The notes under the pieces: model-generated | Databases searched by the model: none | What the model was told of the DNA's origin: nothing | Seen by the model: the letters and a program-made list of their open reading frames with translations, nothing else | Part shown: positions 7,605 to 15,395 of the stretch, in pieces | Layout of the letters: each line of letters starts with the position of its first letter | Numbering within the stretch: the first letter of the stretch is position 1 | IMG/VR virus record: IMGVR_UViG_3300048837_001975 | Source of the DNA: a virus | Length of the DNA: 45,512 nt | Reading direction: 5' to 3' (one strand) | Made by a program: the position numbers and the translations under genes

Positions 7605-7884
7605 ATTAAAATTTTTATTTCGCCAAACGCTTGGAATCGAACCAAGAACAGGGTTCAGCAATTGCTTGTTATGTATCAAGCAAAAGGTTCAGCCTGTTTC
7701 CGGAGCATCTCTCCTTATGCTCCCGTTTGTTTGACCAGGTGGGGTTCCTATCAGTCCCCGGCCAAAGTCTGGAATGTTATTAACCGTGTCGCATTACCAT
7801 CCACGTCTTGGGGGATGTTTGGTAGTCTGCTATACTTTGGCAGACCCAGAGCCCCTACTATTCACCAGTATTCCCTTTAACCGT
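7605..7884 (-). ncRNA. Candidate structured RNA or 5-prime leader containing a tRNA-like cloverleaf
   Basis: No ATG ORF. Visibly richer in G+C than the flanks (not computed). At least 8 helices can be drawn by eye, including the minus-strand T-arm CTTGG-TTCGATT-CCAAG (7630-7646). Confidence 0.4.
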
Positions 7885-8133
7885 TTATTCGTAAGTAATT
7901 GTGATACCTGCACCTGAGCGCTTTAGTTGATAAGCGTGCGGTATGCCGTTGTACTGCTTATGCTCCTGGAGCTTCCGCAAATGGTGCTCGTTTAATGGTT
8001 CCTTTACGTGGCAGCTTACTTCAGTAAAGCGGCCATCGTCATCAGGTCCTTTGGTTTTGTTTGTGCCTTTGTCTCCAAAGATCTCAGCGAAACCGCGCTG
8101 GATTTTCTGCATGTTTTCTCTTGAAATTGCCAT
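7885..8133 (-). CDS. Hypothetical protein (82 aa)
   Basis: ATG ORF and first gene after the terminator at 8165-8200. Confidence 0.55.
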   Translation of the reverse strand: MAISRENMQKIQRGFAEIFGDKGTNKTKGPDDDGRFTEVSCHVKEPLNEHHLRKLQEHKQYNGIPHAYQLKRSGAGITITYE

Positions 8134-8164
8134 TGGTATATGTATTAAATTAAACTTGAGTTAC

Positions 8165-8200
8165 TTTTTAAAAACCGCCCAGCTCCTCAGCCGGGCGGGC
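8165..8200 (-). terminator. Rho-independent terminator after the LuxR-type regulator gene
   Basis: On the minus strand, a 10-bp GC-rich stem (CCGCCCGGCT / AGCTGGGCGG, one G-U pair) with a GAGG loop is followed by TTTTT. Confidence 0.7.
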
Positions 8201-8272
8201 ATTAATAACCTAAAAAAACCTATTTCAATTAAGAAAAAAGGGTAATTGAAAGAACGTAGCGTGTAGGGCGAA

Positions 8273-8839
8273 CTACACTATTGTAAGGTTGCGGCTTATC
8301 AAGGCCACTTCCTGTTTTGTCTGTACACCAAGCACCGCATACAATTGTTTTTTTAGTAAATGATATGTGCCCAGGGGCAGATCCATTTTTTCTGCGATAA
8401 CTTCATTGGTGTCGGTTCCGGAAAGCAAGCGCATAAGCTTTACGAGTTGTAATGTTAAGCGCGTGCCATTGATAATGGGCATCTTGCATAGGATTCCCTC
8501 TGCAGAACAGCCTCCGCGGTGGGGGCACGGGTGAAATTCGCCGTCCTGCAGTTGGTTATCCTTGATGTCGGCCTCGTAGTCAAGACCTCCAAAGCGGCAC
8601 CCTGCGAATTGGTGGACTTGCTTCATTGAGGAGCCAGGGTGCCATTGTTCTAATATTTTTTTTGATTCGGGTTCGGCTTCCATTTTTTCCAATAAAATAG
8701 CTATAAGAGCAAATGGAGCTTGGGAAAATGGCTTGACTTGGCCATCGCTAAGAATTTTAAGACCTTGATCTGGATGATTGAATATTTCAACATCAGGTCC
8801 GAATAAGCCAGGGTGAAAATTGTTTGTGGTTGTTTCCAT
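8273..8839 (-). CDS. LuxR/GerE-type HTH transcriptional regulator with a Cys/His-rich N-terminal domain
   Basis: The C-terminal segment LTLQLVKLMRLLSGTDTNEVIAEKMDLPLGTYHLLKKQLYAVLGV fits the GerE HTH. Upstream lies the cluster C-x28-CPH-x3-C-x6-C. Confidence 0.7.
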   Translation of the reverse strand: METTTNNFHPGLFGPDVEIFNHPDQGLKILSDGQVKPFSQAPFALIAILLEKMEAEPESKKILEQWHPGSSMKQVHQFAGCRFGGLDYEADIKDNQLQDGEFHPCPHRGGCSAEGILCKMPIINGTRLTLQLVKLMRLLSGTDTNEVIAEKMDLPLGTYHLLKKQLYAVLGVQTKQEVALISRNLTIV

Positions 8840-8852
8840 AGTTTTAAATGTG

Positions 8853-9194
8853 TTATAGTTTATTAGCTTCTAGAATTTTTCGGGCTGCAACCCCTTCCGC
8901 TTTTTCTTCAGCGGCAAATTCTAAAAGGAGATTAAAAATTTTCGGATTTTTAGTATGTCCTAATTTGACCTTACGGACAACTTGTCTTGATACTTGGATT
9001 TCATTCTTTAATGCAAGCGAAACTATCTCCTGCGCATATCCATAACCGAGATAACCGTCCAGCAATTCGATGGCACTCAGCGCTTCTTCTTCGCTCAAAC
9101 TGTAATTGTTACAAAATGCATCGATACGTTCTTTATGCATTTGCACATCGTATAATGTGAGATTTTCATTTATATTTGTTCTTGATTGTTCCAA
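8853..9194 (-). CDS. Putative HTH DNA-binding protein in the Cro/antirepressor position
   Basis: First gene of the leftward operon, divergent from the XRE repressor. It contains the HTH-like segment AQEIVSLALKNEIQVSRQVVRKV. Confidence 0.5.
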   Translation of the reverse strand: MEQSRTNINENLTLYDVQMHKERIDAFCNNYSLSEEEALSAIELLDGYLGYGYAQEIVSLALKNEIQVSRQVVRKVKLGHTKNPKIFNLLLEFAAEEKAEGVAARKILEANKL

Positions 9195-9219
9195 AGCGTT
9201 CTAATTTGTTCCAAATGTA

Positions 9220-9264
9220 TGTCCTATCTGACACATTTGCAAATAAAAAATGTCTGTAATGACA
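9220..9264. promoter_or_regulatory. Two TGTC-N6-GACA operator-like sites in the divergent switch region
   Basis: TGTCCTATCTGACA (9220-9233) and TGTCTGTAATGACA (9251-9264), spaced 31 bp start to start, lie between divergent HTH genes. Confidence 0.5.
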
Positions 9265-9283
9265 ATTTATATTCATTCTAAAT

Positions 9284-9607
9284 ATGGGAGTAGGGAAAAA
9301 GTTGAAGTTTCTTATCAAGCAAAAAGGGATATCGCAACGCCAATTTGCTGATAACATTGAGGAAAACATAACTCAAGTAAACAAAGTGCTCAACGAGGAG
9401 CGAACACCTAATTATGAATTTTTAGTAAAGGCACTTACCTATTTCGGCGAAGTAGATTTGAATTGGCTGCTGCGCGATGACTATGCCCTGGATGCTCCCA
9501 TTCCAAAAGTGGATGAAAATAGAGCTGCATATTCTGTAGATGTCATACAGGACATCACTGAAATTGAAGAAATAATTACTCGTTTGAAGCAAAAAGTGTC
9601 ACAATAA
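9284..9607 (+). CDS. XRE-family HTH regulator (CI-like repressor candidate)
   Basis: LKFLIKQKGISQRQFADNIEENITQVNKVLNEERTP is a classic XRE helix-turn-helix. The gene sits next to the integrase and is divergent from the early operon. Confidence 0.8.
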   Translation: MGVGKKLKFLIKQKGISQRQFADNIEENITQVNKVLNEERTPNYEFLVKALTYFGEVDLNWLLRDDYALDAPIPKVDENRAAYSVDVIQDITEIEEIITRLKQKVSQ

Positions 9608-9767
9608 TGACACACGATTATTATAAATAACCTGATAATTAACCTGTTAACTATTGTGTAGGAATCCCTCCGCGGTCACTAATAACCTAAATACCTATTA
9701 ATAAGGGAAAGCAGGTACCTGAAAATCAAGTACCTGCATTTTCAATTAATTTAAACTAACAGGTATT
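9608..9767. other. attP region with a tRNA 3-prime-end-like core and arm-type repeats
   Basis: GAATCCCTCCGCGGTCAC (9662-9679) reads as T-loop 3-prime half, T-stem, acceptor strand and discriminator of a tRNA. It is flanked by (A/T)TAACCT(G/A) repeats (9627, 9639, 9682) and the inverted repeat GCAGGTAC/GTACCTGC (9711-9737). The region is directly upstream of int. Confidence 0.5.
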
Positions 9768-10955
9768 ATGGTTGCCCAAGAAGCTATTTTTGACACAAGA
9801 GTTGACACAAAGAAATTGTTTGTGTCAGTAAAAACTAAATTCATTCCACGCAGTTATCAAAATAAGGAAGGCCTTTCACTTCTTTATCTACACATTACCG
9901 GTAATCAACAGCGAAATAGAATTCCCCTGGATATATATGTAAGGGTGAAAGATTTTTGCCCGAAAGAGCAAAGGCTAAAGACTACCGATGGCCACTCAAA
10001 GGATCTCAATCTAATTATTGATAACCTGCAGAGTAAAATCACTTCTATTAAAACAACCTATCGACTAGCCAATAAAAAATTGGACGTCGATTCGCTTACT
10101 GAAGAATTTATAAATGGCATTCCACGAATCAATTTTTTTGCATTTGCAGATTGGTTCCTTCAAAAACAAAAAGGACAGCTCGCGAAAGGCACCTATGAAA
10201 AGCAGTATTATATGCTGGAAAAATGGAAACGCTGGAAGAAAACCATTTACTTCACAGAACTTGACCAAAAATTTATCTTGAACTTCCGGCAGTGGATGAA
10301 TAAGCTAGGAAACAATAAAACTACTGTTGAAAGCAATATTGCAACACTAAAAAAGTTTTTAAATGCCGCAAAAAAACACGGGATTTTATTGCCAATTGAT
10401 GTTGATGATATTAAGGTAGGCAGTACCACGGGCAACAGAACGGACTTAAAACCATCTGAGGTAAACCGCCTGTATGAATATTATAAAAGCAGCTTTATAA
10501 ATGACCAGAACCGCCTAGTGCTTGGCTACTTTCTCTTTTCTTGTTTTACTGGGCTTCGTGTTTCCGAAGTATTGTCAATCCATCGCAGTCAATTTGATGA
10601 AGGTTTTTTTGAATATTTTGAAAAGAAAAAAGATAGAATGCAGCGTAGAAACATAAACGAAAGTACCAGGACACTACTTTCTTATTGTGATGGGCTTTTC
10701 ATTGAAAAGAAAGATCCTATCTATATGAACCGTCAAATAAAAATAATAGCCAACACCTGTGGAATAACAAAGAAAATTTCATTCCACGTTGGCCGACATA
10801 CATTTGCTACCAACTTCCTAAGAGCTGGAGGCGATGTAGTATCGCTCCAAAATCTTTTAGGGCACAGCAATATAAAGCAGACTATGATCTACGTTCACAT
10901 TGTGGAGAGCGAGGTAAACGAAAAGGTTTTTATAATAGACAAATTATTCAATTGA
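9768..10955 (+). CDS. int: Tyrosine site-specific integrase
   Basis: Catalytic-domain signatures are TGLRVSEVLSI, HVGRHTFATNFL, LLGHSNIKQTMIYVHI (R...HxxR...H...Y). The N-terminal arm/SAM-like domain is typical of Bacteroidetes phage integrases. Confidence 0.9.
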   Translation: MVAQEAIFDTRVDTKKLFVSVKTKFIPRSYQNKEGLSLLYLHITGNQQRNRIPLDIYVRVKDFCPKEQRLKTTDGHSKDLNLIIDNLQSKITSIKTTYRLANKKLDVDSLTEEFINGIPRINFFAFADWFLQKQKGQLAKGTYEKQYYMLEKWKRWKKTIYFTELDQKFILNFRQWMNKLGNNKTTVESNIATLKKFLNAAKKHGILLPIDVDDIKVGSTTGNRTDLKPSEVNRLYEYYKSSFINDQNRLVLGYFLFSCFTGLRVSEVLSIHRSQFDEGFFEYFEKKKDRMQRRNINESTRTLLSYCDGLFIEKKDPIYMNRQIKIIANTCGITKKISFHVGRHTFATNFLRAGGDVVSLQNLLGHSNIKQTMIYVHIVESEVNEKVFIIDKLFN

Positions 10956-12782
10956 AAGTGTTTCAATTTCTGTTTGAATAATTCCCGGAGCCATATTCTT
11001 TTTAGAAAGGCTGACAACCGCATGATATATACCGTAAGCAAATATGGTACTGCGAACCTGCAGATCGCGAACGTTTAAATCATAATCGTTAAAGGTCCAC
11101 AAATACCCTATAGCTTTTAATAGAAAATCAATCCAGTCTTTGTAGTCGTTTTCGTAAACTGCAGGTATCATCAAGTTGCTGGGATCTTTTGTTAAATTCA
11201 ACGTACCTATCAGCCCATCATAAAGAACTAGCTGAATTTTTTGTTTATCATCCAAGAAACCGTGGGCGGTAATTACGGTATTTTTTGATTTTAGTGGCAG
11301 GGGTACGGCGTCAATAATTATTTCCTCTGTACCTTCTTTGGCTACATAAGGTGATAGACTTACGCCATTATGATCAATGTATAGAGATGGAAATTCATAA
11401 TCTTCAGATTCAATCTCGGTAAATTTCAGTTCGAAAGTTTTTCCCTGGTTAAAACTTCGTTCTGGTTCCATCACCTCGCGTTGACTTAAATCTTTGACAG
11501 CTGTTTTGCCAATTTGATTTTTTACCAAATCAATTGAAACAACGTTTCCGCTTATTGATACACCATAATTTTTCCAAAGCTTTACCGCTTTATATAAATC
11601 ACCAAATGTAACATCGGGCACACATTTGGTTAAATCAATTTCATTAGGCAAAATTAAAGTAGGGGTTGCCGAACCGTCCGGATTGTATTTAGTCAGTTGG
11701 GAAATGGTAACATCTAATATGGTAGCATCATAAATAATACCACCTCCAGAATGTTGATAAGGCAATTGAACAGATTGAAACTCTAATACCGGAGGCGTAT
11801 CTCCTGGAAACATTTCCAAAATTAAATCTACCATAACAAAGAACTCGCCCTGCTCTACTTGCCAAAATCCTATCTGTTGACCTTTGTAAAAAAATTTCGC
11901 AAAGGCTTGAAACAAGTGCGTTCCCTCGCTCCTCACAAACAAATTGCCCCTTACGGCATACCTGCCTGGTTCCGTAAGGGTGAGATCACTTTCGTATCGT
12001 CCAAAACCATCAATAATTTCAATTTCTTCATCCGTTTTTACAATCATTTCCTGTTTACCATCATCAGTTATGGTACTGTAAAAATCGCTAAGGGTATATA
12101 GCCAGGCGTTTTTAAATTCCGGATCTTCCAGAATATCACCTGCAAGGGTATAGCCTTTATCAGCAAACCCTGTTTTTAAAACATATAAAAGCGAAGGTAG
12201 TGGCTGCATAACGTTACGGTTAATTTGCACATCTTCTACAACGTCATATTCATTTTCAAGAAATGCAGTACCGTTGTGATTGTTTATTCTCCCTTCAAAA
12301 AATTCCCATTGCGGGCTTTCCGTATCAAATTTATCTGTAAATATTTGCGGAAAATTATAATCCGTCGCCGGGTATGCCAGGGAAATTTTATCTTGAGCGT
12401 GCTCAAAGATAGTTTCCCCGCTAAGTTCAAATCTATGGAGCGGTAGCTGCGCTAGCTTTTTATCAAAATTTGGGAACTCCTCAAACCCATAGCGTATTTG
12501 AAACTCTATCTTTCGGCCAATAATTTTTTCAATTTCCATTACCGCTTCGTGCTCAACGTCCAAAACATAAAAGGTTACGTCAAATATAGTCTGAACGTTT
12601 CGTGCCGCATACTGGCTAATAAAACGAAATGCAGCATCTTCCTCATCAGTAAGGATCTTACTAATGGGGAAGGTATATTTAGTGAAGATTTTATCGCTGA
12701 ACCAACTGTTTTCCTCTACCATTGTGAAAGAGGTATCAATAAGATTCAGTTGAAAATCAGAATGTATTATTTTCAATTTCAT
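10944..12782 (-). CDS. Distal tail / baseplate or receptor-binding structural protein (612 aa)
   Basis: Large ORF and last of the tail module downstream of the tape measure. No family recognised. Confidence 0.5.
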   Translation of the reverse strand: MKLKIIHSDFQLNLIDTSFTMVEENSWFSDKIFTKYTFPISKILTDEEDAAFRFISQYAARNVQTIFDVTFYVLDVEHEAVMEIEKIIGRKIEFQIRYGFEEFPNFDKKLAQLPLHRFELSGETIFEHAQDKISLAYPATDYNFPQIFTDKFDTESPQWEFFEGRINNHNGTAFLENEYDVVEDVQINRNVMQPLPSLLYVLKTGFADKGYTLAGDILEDPEFKNAWLYTLSDFYSTITDDGKQEMIVKTDEEIEIIDGFGRYESDLTLTEPGRYAVRGNLFVRSEGTHLFQAFAKFFYKGQQIGFWQVEQGEFFVMVDLILEMFPGDTPPVLEFQSVQLPYQHSGGGIIYDATILDVTISQLTKYNPDGSATPTLILPNEIDLTKCVPDVTFGDLYKAVKLWKNYGVSISGNVVSIDLVKNQIGKTAVKDLSQREVMEPERSFNQGKTFELKFTEIESEDYEFPSLYIDHNGVSLSPYVAKEGTEEIIIDAVPLPLKSKNTVITAHGFLDDKQKIQLVLYDGLIGTLNLTKDPSNLMIPAVYENDYKDWIDFLLKAIGYLWTFNDYDLNVRDLQVRSTIFAYGIYHAVVSLSKKNMAPGIIQTEIETLSIE

Positions 12783-14985
12783 GTGTTGGGTTTATTTTGA
12801 AAGCCACATCGTATTGATACGTTCCGGCATCTGAATCTACATTGGTTAACTTTGAGTCATTTGGCACCAACTGAATTGGTTCGCGATCTTCTGTAAAAAC
12901 AATCCACGCACGGTTAGCATCGGCAAGACTATCGATGCGTTCTTGATTGCTTTTCAAAATCCATCCCGTATTTGCTGAAAACTGAAGCGTTCTTTCAGTT
13001 GCAACCTTTTCGGTATATTCCAGATATCTTTCAAAGGAGCGCGCGATCACGCCCTTGTGCTCACTTTTAAATTCATAATCACCCGTGAATTCAAAAGCTT
13101 CTAAAATACCATGTTCATTTTCCCACACAAGATGATAGCTTTTCTTTCCTTCCGGAAAGACAATATAATATTGTGAAAAATTCGGGTTCTCATCTTCTTG
13201 AGTAGTCAGGTTGACAACACGTGCCTCAATCATATCGCCTTGCGAAAAAGGAGCAAATGACAATTGCACGCCAAAGAGCTGTGCACTTCCCCGATCCGGA
13301 TAGATTTTTTTGTACAGTGTTCCATTCCTGTATATTTCTATCAATGACATTGAATTGTTTCGATAAACAGGAAGAAGGGTGAATGATTTTTTAGTTACCC
13401 TAACCGGAGATTCTTTGTAGTCTATGATGCCAAAGCTTGAGAAAAAGCGCTTTGGTTTACGCCCTTTTAAAAATTGAATATCGTGATATTCCTTTGAAGG
13501 ACCTACTTGATCACCAGTTTCACGGCTAATGTATTTCATCAAAAAATAAACTTTGGCCGGGTTATAATATTTAAAAACCTTGTACCCGAATAGATCTGCA
13601 CCGCCCCCGGGATTTTGGAAAAACCTAAAGCCAATATCCGTAAGTTTTTTAAGAGATGGCATTGCCTTATGCGCAATGTCGCCGAGCCAAAAATCTGAAA
13701 GGCCATTAAAAATACCCTTGGTAAAATCTGCAGGCAATATCTTTGATTCTGAAGAATTATAAAAATAGCTTTCAATACTCATTAACAGCTGTACCTTATT
13801 TAAATTATTACCATAGATGGTTGAAATTCCATCACGGTCCTTGGTAAAGTTTATTCCTGTTTTTGAGAATCCAGACTGCAGGCTGTCTACAACCTCTAGC
13901 AAAACATCAATGAAATAATTTTCAGAGGCAAATACCACTTTGATTTTTCCGGAATAAAAACCAGGATTTAAATTATCAGAGTGGATGGGCTTGATATTCT
14001 TTGTAGTAGTATTGTTTCCTGAAGCAGAACCTTCAAGTTCCAACCAATTGGGATGCGTAATCGTAAAAGCCCCAAAACCTTCAATGGAGAAGCTTTGGTA
14101 TGGTGCCTCAAGCACTCCCTTTACGGAAGTGAATCGCAACAATTCTGGGAAAACCCGATTATTTCCAGCCTCGTAAAGATGAATCTTTACATCAACGGCC
14201 AAAATCATTGTAGGAACATTAAATAGCGCCTGTACTTCGTAAAGGTCACCAGGATCAGGAAGCGAATTTATTGAACTCTCAAGCGTAAAATTAATAGTCT
14301 GGTTGCCACTGCCCGAATAGGTTTTAACACCATCAATATCACTTACTAGCGCAAACGTTCCGCTTCCACTTAAAGCAATGTGATCTCCTACGGTTACCGT
14401 AAATGCACCGTTAACAAAAAGGTTTCGAGAAACGCTTGAGGGAAGTGTACCTCCCAAAAGATAGTGCATCTCTACAGCTCCTGCAGGAGTAATGTAGATA
14501 TCACCCACATTAAGACGCACCAGGTCCACATTAAAACGTACCGTTTCAATAAATTCAAAAAAGAAATCCTCAATCTTTCCATAAACCAGGAATAATATTT
14601 GCGCTCGATAATAGCCGGCAGGAAAATTTATAAAATCAAAATCAAGGATATGATCTACGTCTAGGTTTGCCTGCGTTAAATGATAGCCATCTCCGGTAGC
14701 ATCGGCAATAGGTCCCGAAATGTCGAACATTGGAACCCTTTGCCCATTTAAAACAGGATGGGCAATACTCATTTTTACATAAAAATCAGTATAGGTATTT
14801 GTACCCATCGAGAAGATGTAATCTTTTATAATGGAATTAAGGGTTAAATCGGCAGGCATCGGATTACCAATAAAACTATAAATAGTATAGGGCGTTGGAG
14901 GATTAAAAATCCAACCCGTTTGTGGCGGTTTAGACGCCGGGTTATTGTTGAAAGCCTGCTGTGCAGATAGCGGTATATTATACAT
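12757..14985 (-). CDS. Tail-tip / baseplate structural protein (742 aa from the ATG at 14985)
   Basis: Large ORF two genes after the tape measure. The internal ATG (MYNIPLSAQQ) lies 5 nt after the upstream stop and is preferred to the overlapping start at 15078. Confidence 0.5.
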   Translation of the reverse strand: MYNIPLSAQQAFNNNPASKPPQTGWIFNPPTPYTIYSFIGNPMPADLTLNSIIKDYIFSMGTNTYTDFYVKMSIAHPVLNGQRVPMFDISGPIADATGDGYHLTQANLDVDHILDFDFINFPAGYYRAQILFLVYGKIEDFFFEFIETVRFNVDLVRLNVGDIYITPAGAVEMHYLLGGTLPSSVSRNLFVNGAFTVTVGDHIALSGSGTFALVSDIDGVKTYSGSGNQTINFTLESSINSLPDPGDLYEVQALFNVPTMILAVDVKIHLYEAGNNRVFPELLRFTSVKGVLEAPYQSFSIEGFGAFTITHPNWLELEGSASGNNTTTKNIKPIHSDNLNPGFYSGKIKVVFASENYFIDVLLEVVDSLQSGFSKTGINFTKDRDGISTIYGNNLNKVQLLMSIESYFYNSSESKILPADFTKGIFNGLSDFWLGDIAHKAMPSLKKLTDIGFRFFQNPGGGADLFGYKVFKYYNPAKVYFLMKYISRETGDQVGPSKEYHDIQFLKGRKPKRFFSSFGIIDYKESPVRVTKKSFTLLPVYRNNSMSLIEIYRNGTLYKKIYPDRGSAQLFGVQLSFAPFSQGDMIEARVVNLTTQEDENPNFSQYYIVFPEGKKSYHLVWENEHGILEAFEFTGDYEFKSEHKGVIARSFERYLEYTEKVATERTLQFSANTGWILKSNQERIDSLADANRAWIVFTEDREPIQLVPNDSKLTNVDSDAGTYQYDVAFKINPTHEIENNTF

Positions 14986-14990
14986 AGTTT

Positions 14991-15395
14991 TTAGATTATA
15001 TAGGCAGGTATATTTGCTTTGTCTTGCATCACAATAGCATCTATAGTGACTAAAGTCCCTGGAGTGAGCAGCTGCCATATTTCAATGAAAATAGTTTCGT
15101 TGTAAACAATTTGTGCTTGATCATCAAATAGAACCGTGCCGGATGCGCCAAGCTTTTGACCCAGTGCTTCTTGGCAAAAAACAAAAATGCTATCTTGGTC
15201 TGTGCCGAATGATATTACCGTTATTTCTTCTGGCGTATCGCCTTGAATAATTCTTGCCGACATTCCTGTTAAAAAGAAATGGTCCGCAATTGTAGGTCCG
15301 TCAAACTCCTCAATTAAATATTCGTGGAGTAGATTGCACGCAATATTGGCGTTACCATCTGCAAACACTTGCTCGTCTGTATATACTGTGTACAT
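14991..15395 (-). CDS. Hypothetical tail-module protein (134 aa)
   Basis: ATG ORF that abuts the tape-measure stop. Confidence 0.5.
   Translation of the reverse strand: MYTVYTDEQVFADGNANIACNLLHEYLIEEFDGPTIADHFFLTGMSARIIQGDTPEEITVISFGTDQDSIFVFCQEALGQKLGASGTVLFDDQAQIVYNETIFIEIWQLLTPGTLVTIDAIVMQDKANIPAYII

Noticed and set aside
7622-7730. A canonical tRNA gene on the minus strand, prompted by the perfect CTTGG-TTCGATT-CCAAG T-arm
   Set aside because: Trying standard spacing gives no 5-bp anticodon stem with a 7-nt loop and no U8 or U33. The D-like arm would be 7 bp. The whole cloverleaf is about 108 nt with a 6-of-7 acceptor and no CCA. It is reported as a tRNA-like element, not as a tRNA.
7605-7884. 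tmRNA or SRP (4.5S) RNA
   Set aside because: The acceptor-like pairing lacks the G3-U70 alanine identity and the GGGG 5-prime end, and I found no tag reading frame. GTTTGACCAGGT resembles part of SRP domain IV, but the conserved GGAA tetraloop context is absent.
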